A stretch of 64,000 bases of DNA from positions 1-64,000 of IMG/VR virus record IMGVR_UViG_2627853687_000001; one strand, written 5' to 3'. Under the pieces are notes generated by a model, which was given only the letters and a program-made list of their open reading frames with translations, searched no databases and was not told the DNA's origin. Both the position numbers and the translations under genes were made by a program. The DNA is from a virus. Lineage: Duplodnaviria; Caudoviricetes. Shown in pieces: positions 19,706 to 29,563 of the stretch (the stretch's first letter is position 1; each line of letters starts with the position of its first letter).

Positions 19706-20149
19706 ATGGAAATCAGGATTAAATGCCCGCATTGCGGATCGGGAAGCGTCAAGAGCAGTAGGGCAGTCTATGAGCAGGGAACCTCAAACACGCGCAGCGT
19801 CAGCCACACAGGGTGGGTATCGAATCGCGGATCGGGTGGAAGTAGACGGCAGGGCAGATCAACGCGTCAGTCGGTTGCTGCTTCGCGTAATGCACCAGCT
19901 GGCGGAAAGCTGGAGGTGCTTACATTTGTCGGCTCTTTCCTCCTGTCTGCCTGGATGATACTCGATATACCGGCGACCACAGTACTGGGATCGGTAATTA
20001 CCGGAGCAGTTATCGCATTGCTGATAACAGTGCTGGTGGCTCACCTCAACCGCCATAACCGGCGCAGGGCGCGTGAGAGTTACAACAGGCAGTGGTATTG
20101 CAGTAAATGCGGCGACACGTTTTTACGCGATAACGTTGCCAGCTCATAG
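19706..20149 (+). CDS. Two-TM membrane protein with terminal CxxC pairs
   Basis: CPHC at the N-terminus, two hydrophobic helices, CSKC at the C-terminus. Confidence 0.65.
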   Translation: MEIRIKCPHCGSGSVKSSRAVYEQGTSNTRSVSHTGWVSNRGSGGSRRQGRSTRQSVAASRNAPAGGKLEVLTFVGSFLLSAWMILDIPATTVLGSVITGAVIALLITVLVAHLNRHNRRRARESYNRQWYCSKCGDTFLRDNVASS

Positions 20150-20328
20150 TCTGACGCGGCTGGTGGATGAGCTGGCAATTCCGTTCAGTACCGGTGCCAC
20201 CAGCCCGCAGAAATAACAGATCCACTAAACGCATGCGTTTCCCGCGCCTGCTGGCGGTTGCCCTAAGCCGCCAGCATCCCTAGAATGCGCGCTTCTTTAC
20301 GCTATACAGACGATTTTCAAACGGACTT

Positions 20329-21405
20329 ATGACACAACAACTTAAATCTATTCAGGCGCTTCGCGGGCTTGCCTGCCTCGCCGTCGTTACCTTTCATTTC
20401 CGCTACCAGATACAGGACCAGTACCCGGCATTAACCAAACTGCTTTCAACCGGCGTTGTTGGTGTGGATCTGTTTTTCATCCTCAGTGGCTTTGTTATCA
20501 CACTCTCTGTCTCGCGCATGGGTACTGGATTCGCTGCAGCAGGCGATTTCCTGAAGCGCCGTGCGCTGCGCCTGCTGCCTGCCTACTTCATTCTGCTGCT
20601 GATCAACTTTTTCTTAAGCGGTGGAATGGCGACGTTTCACTATGCTGAGAAGACGCAGGCGGTGATTAGCGCGGCGACGCTATCCGTTTACCTGCCGCAG
20701 CACGCGCCGTTTTACGTGGACGACAACGGGTTTATGGGCGTGCGCTGGACGCTCAACTACGAGTTTCTGTTTTACCTGATGATGGCTGTCTGCCTGCTGG
20801 TGCGCGCACGCTGGGTGGCGCTGGCCGCAATGCTGGGCGCGGTGCTTGTGGCAGTACCGATGGCAGCAGGCCACCAGCCGACGCTGCTGGTAGAAGGATA
20901 TGACCTGGGCTACGCCTACCTGAACCTGATGACGAACCCGATTATCTGGCAGTTCGCTGCAGGCGTACTGATTGGTCTGGTTTACCCACACATGGCGCGC
21001 CTGCCGGTTGCCGTGCGGGTGCCGTTCCTGCTGGCTGCAGTTGCACTGTTTGTGCAGCACATTATCAGCTACCAGCATATAGGTCATGGCATGATGGCGT
21101 CTGGTACTGTACTGGCACTGCTGCTGGCCGCTGTGGCGTTTAACGACAGCTGGTTAGGGCGCATCACGCCGCGTTGGTTGGTGTTGCTGGGGGATATTTC
21201 TTTCTCTGTATATCTGATCCATATCGTGACCAAAGCCCGGTTAGCAAAAGCATTCACGGACCAGGGCATGACGTTCTTCGTGTGTAACGTCCTGCTAGCG
21301 CTGCTGCTGGGCTGGCTCAGCTACCGTTATATTGAGCCAATCGGACAGAAGATTGCGCGCCGACACAGAGAGAAAGTGCTTCGTAACGCAAGCAACGACG
21401 CATAG
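20329..21405 (+). CDS. Acyltransferase family 3 (OafA/Oac-like O-acetyltransferase)
   Basis: IQALRGLA, GVDLFFILSGFVI, RRALRLLPAY, WTLNYEFLFY, LGDISFSVYLIH, SYRYIE. Confidence 0.9.
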   Translation: MTQQLKSIQALRGLACLAVVTFHFRYQIQDQYPALTKLLSTGVVGVDLFFILSGFVITLSVSRMGTGFAAAGDFLKRRALRLLPAYFILLLINFFLSGGMATFHYAEKTQAVISAATLSVYLPQHAPFYVDDNGFMGVRWTLNYEFLFYLMMAVCLLVRARWVALAAMLGAVLVAVPMAAGHQPTLLVEGYDLGYAYLNLMTNPIIWQFAAGVLIGLVYPHMARLPVAVRVPFLLAAVALFVQHIISYQHIGHGMMASGTVLALLLAAVAFNDSWLGRITPRWLVLLGDISFSVYLIHIVTKARLAKAFTDQGMTFFVCNVLLALLLGWLSYRYIEPIGQKIARRHREKVLRNASNDA

Positions 21406-21430
21406 CCCGCAACCCTCAACTCTCTCAACT

Positions 21431-21454
21431 AAGCCCGCATCAAGCGGGCTTTTT
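21431..21454 (+). terminator. Intrinsic terminator
   Basis: AAGCCCGCATCAAGCGGGCTTTT. Confidence 0.75.
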
Positions 21455-21679
21455 ACTGCCTTACAATCTCTTATCCAGCACTCCACCTTATATATAAAAA
21501 AAGCCTGCACAGGGCAGGCAAATCGTATCGCAGGGAATGTCCATCTTGTATGCAACAGCAGCATAGCTGTGTGCTGGTGGCAGGCTACATGGCTAACATT
21601 AGGTTTAGTTTGGGAAGCACCGTTACCAATATTACAAACCTCATATCCTGGCCGTCACACTGACTTAGAGGCCACCAGC

Positions 21680-22096
21680 ATGACCATTCCAATCGACTTA
21701 CAACCCCTTGCCGCAAATGCGGCCGCATCGTCAGAACCAGCGATCGCCGGAGAATTAATCCTGAACGCCGGCATAGCATTTTCTCTGCCAATTATTCCGG
21801 TGCCGCTGGTGGTGTCGTTTCACAGCACAGACGGCACGCGGGCGCAGCTTACAGTGAATAAGGGCAGGGTGACGTTTGAGGGCAATCCCGACGCTGCAGC
21901 GGAAATGTTTATCGAGGCGATGACACGAAAGCATGCGCAGCAATGGATCGCACAGCAGGAGCAGCTGGAGGCAGCAGAAGCACTGGTGGCGGCATACTCA
22001 CACCATAACGGCCTGATGATGCTCACACAGCGGCTGGTGGATGCAGAGAAGGAGCGCGACGCACTACATGAAGAAATTAACCAGCGTCGGGCATAA
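21680..22096 (+). CDS. Hypothetical protein (coiled-coil C-terminus)
   Basis: ATG 21680 after GAGG. Confidence 0.55.
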   Translation: MTIPIDLQPLAANAAASSEPAIAGELILNAGIAFSLPIIPVPLVVSFHSTDGTRAQLTVNKGRVTFEGNPDAAAEMFIEAMTRKHAQQWIAQQEQLEAAEALVAAYSHHNGLMMLTQRLVDAEKERDALHEEINQRRA

Positions 22097-22348
22097 GTTA
22101 ACCGGCGTGCGGTCGGGGATAAACGTTCACTATAGTTAGCAGACTTACTTTTAAGACGCTAAGCCCCTATCGTTGAGCCGATAAAAGTGGTGGATAAATA
22201 TGTACTCAATTCTACCACGCGTGATATAGTTCTAATAACTGCTGTGTTTACAGCACCAGTGAGAAACGAGCTTAGCAATGTAGCGAAGCCTTAACTAGGA
22301 GACAGAGATTGCTGCTCTCACCAGTGAATCTCAAATGAGGAATGCACA

Positions 22349-22624
22349 ATGGCCGAAGCCCAAACTATGTCGCAGAAAGTAGCGAGAGACAGTTTAGGAA
22401 ATGCTCAAAACTTCGAAGGAGGAATGTACGTTACGAAAAATGGAGTAGCAGAACTTTTTATTCAGACAGCTGCAGAACGTCAGGCTGAACTGAGAGAAAT
22501 GGCAGAAGAGAGAAACATAAACGCCCTTTTTAAGCTGGCAATGCAGGCTAGAAAGGAAATCGCAGATGGCAAAGGCATGTCTCCTGAAGAAGCACTAAGG
22601 AGGTTACGTGCCGCAAGAAAATAA
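22349..22624 (+). CDS. Type II antitoxin (Phd/YefM-like)
   Basis: MYVTKNGVAELFIQ; C-terminal EIADGKGMSPEEALRRL; upstream of a RelE-like gene. Confidence 0.7.
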   Translation: MAEAQTMSQKVARDSLGNAQNFEGGMYVTKNGVAELFIQTAAERQAELREMAEERNINALFKLAMQARKEIADGKGMSPEEALRRLRAARK

Positions 22625-22638
22625 AAGGCAGGTGTTGA

Positions 22639-22977
22639 GTGACAAGTCAGTACACAATCGAAGTATCAGAAATCGCGGTTCAGTGTCTCCAGGATATTGA
22701 GTCTTATAAAAGCGATTTCATCGGGTCGGATCGGGCAGCGGCTTTAGTTGAAAATCTGCTAAACGACTCAGTATTGAACATCATGGAAGATCCTGAAAGA
22801 TACCGCTTTAATCCTCATCTTTCAGAGCTCGGCTTAATGTTGCGTGAAAGGCTTGATGTAGAAACAGAACATCGTGTGCTTTACCATTTTGATGGTTCTC
22901 ACATTGAAATACTGCTTTTCGTGAATATGAAGCAGGATTTTCAAAAAATGCTTTACCGCTATAACATACTGAAATGA
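22639..22977 (+). CDS. Type II toxin RelE/ParE family
   Basis: YTIEVSEIAVQCLQDI...HRVLYHFD...ILLFVNMKQDF. Confidence 0.75.
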   Translation: MTSQYTIEVSEIAVQCLQDIESYKSDFIGSDRAAALVENLLNDSVLNIMEDPERYRFNPHLSELGLMLRERLDVETEHRVLYHFDGSHIEILLFVNMKQDFQKMLYRYNILK

Positions 22978-23028
22978 CACTCAATGCCCGGATATTCCGG
23001 GCTTTTTTGTGCCGTCCTGTCAGTATGA

Positions 23029-24291
23029 TCACTTTATTCTTGGGATATCTTTCAATCTCGTTGTATAGCGAGGTGATAACATTTCACGCTTCATCTGCCA
23101 CGCACTGTCATGCTCTCCCTGTCCCGCAAAGAATACCTTTCCTATTCCAGATCGATTGATAGCGTCCAGTGCTGCCATTAGCGCATCAGCATTAGCTCGC
23201 GGCTGCTGCTCACTGAACAGGTCAAACTGCGCGACGTCTGACTGGTAAAAATCCCCCAACATGACGCCTGCTTTTGCGTACCGGTAGCCGTCCCGCCAGA
23301 TGGTGTTCAGTCCACGCAGGGCAGATTCGATAATGTCCCGCGTATCGCTGGTGGGGTAATCACAGACACAGGAAGCCGTATTCGAATACTGGGGCTCGTT
23401 CGCGTGCCTGGCAGTGGTAATCGACACGCTGATATGACGGCAACGTGAGTTTTGTTCTCTCAGCTTCTCCGCCGCACGGGTGGCATACAGCACTACAGCC
23501 TGTTTCATGTCCACCAGCTCAGTGATCCTCTCGCCAAATGACCTGGAGTTGAGGATGTTCTGCTTCGGCGGCGGGGCGTCTTCCATTGCAATGCAGGATT
23601 CGCCATTCAGTTCACGCGTGGTGCGCTCAACGATAACGTCGAAATTCTTCCTGATCATGCTGATATTGCTGTCAGCCAGCTGCAGTGCCGTGTTGATCCC
23701 CAGCTGATACATGCGCTTGGTGATACGCGGTCCGATTCCCCATATATCGCTGACGTCGGTCAGGTGCAGTAGTTTGCGCTGCCGGGTCCGACTGGACAAA
23801 TCCACCACGCCCTTTGTCTGCGTCCACTTTTTCGCGGCATGGTTAGCCAGCTTGGCCAGCGTCTTGGATGGGCCAAACCCCACGCCGATTATCAGCCCGG
23901 TTTCCTTCCGGATACGCTCTCGCATCTGCTGTCCGAACGTCTCAAGCGGGATCACATTGTTGATGCCGGTGACGTCCAGAAAGGATTCATCAATGGAATA
24001 AACCTCCTGTCCTGCCGCCATTTCACCTAACAGGGCCATCATGCGGGCCGACATATCGCCGTACAGCTCGTAATTGGAACTGAACACATGCACGCCGTTC
24101 TCCGTGAAAAAGCGCTCATTCAGAAACAACGGCGCCGCCATCTTGATCCCCAGGCGCTTTGCCTCCGCTGAACGTGCGATCACACAGCCGTCATTGTTCG
24201 AAACAACGACAACCGGCTTACCCCGCAGATCGGGCCTGAATATGGTTTCACAGGAGGCGTAGAAGTTATTGGCATCAGCCAGGGCGAACAT
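23029..24291 (-). CDS. umuC: Second UmuC (Pol V catalytic subunit)
   Basis: MFALADANNFYASCE, SNNDGC, YSIDE, WQMKREMLSPRYTT. Confidence 0.95.
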   Translation of the reverse strand: MFALADANNFYASCETIFRPDLRGKPVVVVSNNDGCVIARSAEAKRLGIKMAAPLFLNERFFTENGVHVFSSNYELYGDMSARMMALLGEMAAGQEVYSIDESFLDVTGINNVIPLETFGQQMRERIRKETGLIIGVGFGPSKTLAKLANHAAKKWTQTKGVVDLSSRTRQRKLLHLTDVSDIWGIGPRITKRMYQLGINTALQLADSNISMIRKNFDVIVERTTRELNGESCIAMEDAPPPKQNILNSRSFGERITELVDMKQAVVLYATRAAEKLREQNSRCRHISVSITTARHANEPQYSNTASCVCDYPTSDTRDIIESALRGLNTIWRDGYRYAKAGVMLGDFYQSDVAQFDLFSEQQPRANADALMAALDAINRSGIGKVFFAGQGEHDSAWQMKREMLSPRYTTRLKDIPRIK

Positions 24292-24358
24292 ACCGGACTA
24301 CCTAAGTTACTGTTTAATTATGAAGTATTGGTGAGGCCTGCAAAATTATCAACATGGT

Positions 24359-24467
24359 GATTTAGTTATGCTTTTATCACTACGTGAACTGCAATTAGTT
24401 ATGCCTCCAAAACTAAATATATCACCAAATAACTAAATATCTTTACATGTCACACGAATTTAGTTAT
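24359..24467. promoter_or_regulatory. Repeated ATTTAGTTAT/ATAACTAAAT boxes, likely TA autoregulation operators
   Basis: Five related copies, including an inverted pair ATAACTAAAT (~24429) and ATTTAGTTAT (~24458), upstream of the toxin gene. Confidence 0.6.
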
Positions 24468-24516
24468 ATTTATCTCATCCCAACGGGATATGTTCTTTAA
24501 CAACATGGAGAGGCAA

Positions 24517-24792
24517 ATGCCGGAGCTTGAGTGGAAACGAAAAGCCGATAAGCAGCTGAGCCAGATTCCTGAACCGTATCGCAGTATGATACGCGACAGA
24601 ATCCGGGAACTGCGTAACTGGCCCGACGTTGAGCACCTGGTTATTGAAAAGCTGACGGACGACAAAGAGCAACGACGAAAGCTGGTGGTAGGTAACTACC
24701 GCGTACTTTGGAAAATTGTGAAAGGTCAGCCGGTAGTTATCGAGATACTGGAAGTGTTGAGACGGACAAGTAAGACATACAGCAAACGGTAA
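24517..24792 (+). CDS. Type II toxin RelE/HigB family
   Basis: LEWKRKADKQL...RKLVVGNYRVLW...EVLRRTSKTY; GGAG RBS. Confidence 0.85.
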   Translation: MPELEWKRKADKQLSQIPEPYRSMIRDRIRELRNWPDVEHLVIEKLTDDKEQRRKLVVGNYRVLWKIVKGQPVVIEILEVLRRTSKTYSKR

Positions 24793-24877
24793 AAGGACGG
24801 CGGGGAAACCCGCCTGACTGCTTCTCCATCTATGCCCGAACACTGAAACTCAAATGAAAGAGAGAGAGTGTCATAGC

Positions 24878-25246
24878 ATGAGTGCAATACAATTTATGAC
24901 GGATGCCGAAGGCAACCGCATCAGCGCCGTAATACCGATTGAGTTATTCAATAAACTGGCGGCAGAAAGCGAACTGGCTGAGTTTTTCGAGTCTGTTCCC
25001 TATGAAGCTGATGATAATGACGACGAAACAATCCCCGGTGCGGTGGTTGATATTCGTCACGAAAACAACGTGCCGCTGCACGCTGCATGGCGCTTATATC
25101 GCGGCTACTCGCAAGAGTATGTCGCCGAAGCGCTGGGTATTACCCAGGCTGGCGTCTCCAACATGGAGAAAAGAGCGAAGCCTCAAAAGGTAACGCTTGA
25201 AAAGCTGGCCCGCATCTACGACTGCCGCGTAACACAGCTGTATTAA
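24878..25246 (+). CDS. XRE-HTH antitoxin (HigA-like)
   Basis: AWRLYRGYSQEYVAEALGITQAGVSNMEK; toxin-first order. Confidence 0.85.
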   Translation: MSAIQFMTDAEGNRISAVIPIELFNKLAAESELAEFFESVPYEADDNDDETIPGAVVDIRHENNVPLHAAWRLYRGYSQEYVAEALGITQAGVSNMEKRAKPQKVTLEKLARIYDCRVTQLY

Positions 25247-25281
25247 CCACCCGCCACTAAGCCCGCCGCGTGCGGGCTTTT

Positions 25282-25659
25282 TTAATCCTGCGGCATAGCA
25301 TTAAAACCCATTCCGGCCACGTCTGTCAGGGCATAGGCCACCACACCCCATACAGGAAGCGCCTGGCTCACATCGAGCAGCGTTACTGTCTCGTCCGCGT
25401 CCAGCGCCTGCAATGCCGGTATCGGATTAAGCAGCAATCGCCTGAGCGTCAGCTCGCCGTCGAGCTCGGCAACGATAAGCTGGCCATGTGCCGGCTTAAG
25501 CGCACGGTCGATAGCCAGCACGGACCCTTTAACAATTCCCGCGTCGGGGCAGTCGCTTTCACTGCGCATGAGGTAGGTTGAGTACGGGGAAAGATGCACC
25601 AGATCGCCCAGGTTCAGGCGCGTTTCAGTGTAGTTTTGGGCCGGACTCTGAAAGGCCAT
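25282..25659 (-). CDS. humD: UmuD'-like protein (P1 HumD-like, no leader, catalytic residues absent)
   Basis: Starts MAFQSPA (equivalent to post-cleavage GFPSPA) after GGAG; GxSM replaced by ESDC, VKKL by LRRL. Confidence 0.75.
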   Translation of the reverse strand: MAFQSPAQNYTETRLNLGDLVHLSPYSTYLMRSESDCPDAGIVKGSVLAIDRALKPAHGQLIVAELDGELTLRRLLLNPIPALQALDADETVTLLDVSQALPVWGVVAYALTDVAGMGFNAMPQD

Positions 25660-25796
25660 GAATTGCTCCATTCTTAACAGCTTTTCAGCCTTATGAGATG
25701 AACCTGATAGCGACTAGGTGTCCGTCGCGCAGGCGCAATTAATACTCCAGATATCAGTATACGTCGCTATCCTTACATCAACAGAAGGAGGTACCT

Positions 25797-26477
25797 ATGT
25801 GTGGAAGATTTGCGCAGTACAGCAGCCGCGATGATTATTTTGATGCACTCGGCCTGACCCCCGACGAAATCACATTCGATCCGGCACCTGTCGGGCGCTT
25901 TAACGTAGCACCAGGCACTAAAGTATTACTGCTAAACGAACAGGAAGATTCGCTGCGCCTCGATCCGGTGTACTGGGGCTACGGACCGGAATGGTGGGAT
26001 AAGCAGCCACTTATCAACGCGCGCGGTGAGACAGCTGCAAGCGGACGCATGTTTAAGCCTCTATGGAATCATGGCCGCGCTATCGTGCCTGCTGATGGCT
26101 GGTTCGAATGGCAGAAAGAAGGTGGTGAGAAGCAGCCATTCTTCATCTTTCACAAAAAAAAGGAGCCGCTTTTCTTCGCCGCCATCGGCAGACAGCCTTA
26201 CGGTCAGGACCACGGCAAAGAGGGGTTCGTAATTGTCACATCAGCCAGCAATCAGGGCATGGTCGATATACATGACAGGCGACCGCTGGTGATTACGCCT
26301 GATGCCGTTCGTGAGTGGCTCAGCAATGAAACGTCCCCAGCGCGTGCGGAAGAAATTGCCCATGATGCTGCCGTTCCGGAAAAAGCATTTACCTGGCATC
26401 CTGTCAGTAAAAAAGTAGGCAATATTCATCACCAGGGAAGTGAGCTCATCGGGGCTTTAACCGCAGATAAAGATTAA
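25797..26477 (+). CDS. yedK: SOS response-associated peptidase (SRAP/YedK, abasic-site protector)
   Basis: MCGRF N-terminus, INARGET, ADGWFEW, IHDRRP. Confidence 0.92.
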   Translation: MCGRFAQYSSRDDYFDALGLTPDEITFDPAPVGRFNVAPGTKVLLLNEQEDSLRLDPVYWGYGPEWWDKQPLINARGETAASGRMFKPLWNHGRAIVPADGWFEWQKEGGEKQPFFIFHKKKEPLFFAAIGRQPYGQDHGKEGFVIVTSASNQGMVDIHDRRPLVITPDAVREWLSNETSPARAEEIAHDAAVPEKAFTWHPVSKKVGNIHHQGSELIGALTADKD

Positions 26478-26637
26478 TGCCCTTACCGTTCACAAAAATC
26501 TATATGGGTATCTCTCCGCCGGGTATCGCTTCCGGATTGCGCTTCTAACGCAACGCGGTGTGGCAATATGCCTCATAAAGTTTTAATTCTTTGGGGCCGA
26601 TATTGGGGTTAAGTGTTTCCCCTCTCTGGATAGGCTA

Positions 26638-27387
26638 ATGAAAATTATAATTTTAGGTGCATTGGTAAGTTTTGCGTCCTTAACGGCGCATGCTCAAGAT
26701 GATGAATATCCGATGACTGATATCTGCCGTGCAACCTTGAACGATATGCTGAAGCGCGATATTTCAACTATGAACTCAACACTGCTGGCGGATGGTTCCG
26801 CACGAGTCAAGTACACGCGCCCACAGGACGGCCAGAAATTTTCCTACCGCTGCCGTTCCGTTGATGGCCACATTGGCATCCTGGATGAATCTCTTACTGG
26901 GCCTCGCTGGTATGGCGAATTACCAGAAGATATACAGAGAATGTACGTGGTAAAGGATAATTCTCTAATCATCCGCTCCATCTACCGGGGGGATGTGTCT
27001 GAAACATTTTTTTCGCACGCTGACTTTTCTAATAAGCCAGAAAACTACAAAGATGAGACTCCAGTACTTACACAGTACGGTACATCAATTGCGAAAACCT
27101 TTGGCAATGGCAAAGTTAAACTGACTAAGGCTTATCACGTTGTGAGCAAGCCTCTAAATACCTATCGAATCGACTTTGACACATCTTCGAAGCGATTATT
27201 AACCCAGCCAGGCGCTGAAGATGATAATGCCATTTTTGACGAAAACACGAAAAAAACAGAAACGTGGGAGGCTGCATTTTGTACGAATGATTTGAAAAAA
27301 ATCATGACGGAAAAGGGCATGGATATGGTAACTGGTGTTCTTTTAAACAACGGACAGACACACTCAATAGCTCCGTGCTTTAAGTGA
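26638..27387 (+). CDS. Secreted/periplasmic hypothetical protein
   Basis: Signal peptide MKIIILGALVSFASLTAHA; terminator at ~27397-27423. Confidence 0.7.
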   Translation: MKIIILGALVSFASLTAHAQDDEYPMTDICRATLNDMLKRDISTMNSTLLADGSARVKYTRPQDGQKFSYRCRSVDGHIGILDESLTGPRWYGELPEDIQRMYVVKDNSLIIRSIYRGDVSETFFSHADFSNKPENYKDETPVLTQYGTSIAKTFGNGKVKLTKAYHVVSKPLNTYRIDFDTSSKRLLTQPGAEDDNAIFDENTKKTETWEAAFCTNDLKKIMTEKGMDMVTGVLLNNGQTHSIAPCFK

Positions 27388-27555
27388 CCTGAAAGCAAAA
27401 AAAAGCCCCTGTTAGGGGGCTTTGGAGCAAAGGCTAATGGCAACACAGGCTAAGAAATGCACCAACAAATTAGAAAACCCTTAGAATATATTAAGCTATT
27501 TAGCCACCAGCCCGATACACCTGCGCCCGATAATTCCGGCAGGCCTTAACGCCTT

Positions 27556-28353
27556 TTATTCCGCTTTCTGCGGCTCATGCGCTGGCGCTGCGGCCACCAG
27601 CTCCGGCTCAGGCTGTGGGGTGTCGGTTTTCGCCTTTGCCAGCAGGATAGTGCGCAGCAACTCCGCCTTTTCGATGGCTTCTTTCACCATATCCGCATCC
27701 AATCCGACAACCGCGTACTTATCCAGGCCTTCCATACGGAACAGGTTCGTTTCAGGTGCCACTTCCTTCAGGGTTTTCTCATTCTCTGCCGTAATGTAGA
27801 TCAGCTGCGGCTCGGCCTCTGCGCCGTCCGGGATGAACACATAAGCACGCTGGCCCACGCCTAATGCCTGGAGGAAAAGCAGGCAGACCGCCAGTGGGAG
27901 CGAAGTTTGCGACACACTGACAGGTTGCAGCCTGCCGGTGAGGATGCCGCCGTGCAATTTTACGTTATAAGGCATGTACGGGCTGATTGTCTCCACACGC
28001 CACAAGCCCGTAAGAGAACCGTCTACAAATGCCTCGCCGGTAACGTTCATCGAAATCTGACGCATGAGCAGCTGCGCAAAGCTCTTATCCTGTGCTGGAG
28101 CCAGCGGCAGCGCGCCAGTTTTCTCGTTGATAGCTTTTACTGCCTCCTGGCGGCTGGCTTCATCCTCTGGCAGTTCCTGGCTGTGAATCAGCCAGTAGCG
28201 CTCATTTTTGTTACCCCATACAGTGACGCCTTCGATTTCCTGCGGCTCAAACCCCAGCGCGGCCACAAGTGCGGCTTCCAGGTCTTCCGGGCGGATCTCG
28301 CCTTTCTCGTTAAGCTCGATCGTCGTGGTTTTGCTGATGATGTACTTGGTCAT
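27556..28353 (-). CDS. Hypothetical protein
   Basis: 265 aa in an operon with dut. Confidence 0.7.
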   Translation of the reverse strand: MTKYIISKTTTIELNEKGEIRPEDLEAALVAALGFEPQEIEGVTVWGNKNERYWLIHSQELPEDEASRQEAVKAINEKTGALPLAPAQDKSFAQLLMRQISMNVTGEAFVDGSLTGLWRVETISPYMPYNVKLHGGILTGRLQPVSVSQTSLPLAVCLLFLQALGVGQRAYVFIPDGAEAEPQLIYITAENEKTLKEVAPETNLFRMEGLDKYAVVGLDADMVKEAIEKAELLRTILLAKAKTDTPQPEPELVAAAPAHEPQKAE

Positions 28354-28362
28354 GATCGGGCC

Positions 28363-28974
28363 TTATTTGCTGGTGGTCTTTTTGGTCACGGTCGCGGTGC
28401 TGGTAGTCTCGGTCGCTGCTGGCTCTTCTGCCGGTGCTGCGTCTACCGGCGCGGGCTCCTGCGAATCTGCCGGGGTGGCCATAGTCGCGTCTTCAGTAGG
28501 GGCCGGATCGGTCTGTACCGCTGTGGTAGAGCCAAAGCCGCCATCGCCGCGATTGGTCTCGGACAGGGTATCGACTTCTTTCCAGGTGACAGACTCCACT
28601 TTCTCAATCATCGCCTGCGCAATGACCATGCCTGCTTTCGGCTCAATGAACTGGCCACCTTCATCAGCAATCATGCGCAGTCTGATCTCGCCACGGTAAT
28701 CACTGTCGATAATGGCCACATTGTTAGCCAGGCGCAGGAAGTTATCCGCCGCCAGCCCGGAACGGGGATAAATCTTCATGCAGTAGCCTGGCGGGATCTC
28801 CACGGCCAGCCCGGTAGTGATCCACCATGCACGCGGCTGGCGGGCCGCGCCTGGCGTCTGTACAACGGTGAGTTTCACATCCAGCGCGGTGATATCCCAC
28901 GCTGCAGCGCCGTCCGAACCACGGAACGGCAGAACGGCGTCTGGTGTGAGGCGTTTGATCTTAACTTGTGGCAT
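28363..28974 (-). CDS. dut: Trimeric dUTPase with low-complexity C-terminal tail
   Basis: AAAWDI, PRSGLA, IIDSDYRGEI, IAQ, RGDGGFGST. Confidence 0.93.
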   Translation of the reverse strand: MPQVKIKRLTPDAVLPFRGSDGAAAWDITALDVKLTVVQTPGAARQPRAWWITTGLAVEIPPGYCMKIYPRSGLAADNFLRLANNVAIIDSDYRGEIRLRMIADEGGQFIEPKAGMVIAQAMIEKVESVTWKEVDTLSETNRGDGGFGSTTAVQTDPAPTEDATMATPADSQEPAPVDAAPAEEPAATETTSTATVTKKTTSK

Positions 28975-29452
28975 GACTTAACTCCGGTGATTTAAAGGTG
29001 TAGTGGCGGCGTTTACGAACAGAGTCCTCATACAGTGGGACGTCTGTGTACTCCACCAGCCCGCGTGCAATGAGTTTCTTAACGGACTGCAGGAAAAGGG
29101 AATGGCTTACGTCAAACTCCTGACGCACGTTTCTGGCGGTGATGAACCGGCGCTTGTCGAGCAGCATCAGAATGTACTCTTCAATCTTCCCCATCTTCAG
29201 GGGTGTCAGGCTGGTGGCATACGCGGCAGACACGGCCAGGGTGTATTCGTTATCAATGGATCGCGCAATCAGCCCGTTTTTTTGCAGGTCCAGCAGCGTT
29301 CCCCGGATAACGTGCGTTGACGTGTCGGGCAGGGCGCGGGTAAAGCGACGGCGCGTGGCGATACGCTCATCCTTCAGCAGCAGCAGCACGGCTGAGGCCG
29401 TTTCCGGATAGCGTGCGCGGAAAATTTTAAGTTTTGGTAAAAGGCGCTTCAA
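28961..29452 (-). CDS. Tandem winged-helix-like DNA-binding protein
   Basis: LLDLQKNGLI and SVKKLIARGLV wHTH-type ends. Confidence 0.55.
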   Translation of the reverse strand: MKRLLPKLKIFRARYPETASAVLLLLKDERIATRRRFTRALPDTSTHVIRGTLLDLQKNGLIARSIDNEYTLAVSAAYATSLTPLKMGKIEEYILMLLDKRRFITARNVRQEFDVSHSLFLQSVKKLIARGLVEYTDVPLYEDSVRKRRHYTFKSPELSHATS

Positions 29453-29563
29453 AGTTCTGTTATCCTTGCCAGTGGTTTATTTCGGATACCTACATCCAGT
29501 GGTTAACGTTTGAACCTGATTGATTGAACGGAATAAGGGAGCCAGCGATGGTTCCCTTTTTCT

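Noticed and set aside
22239-22256. Possible LexA box before the phd-like gene
   Set aside because: CTG-N9-CAG spacing is wrong; the TGCTGT-N4-ACAGCA palindrome is more likely a TA operator
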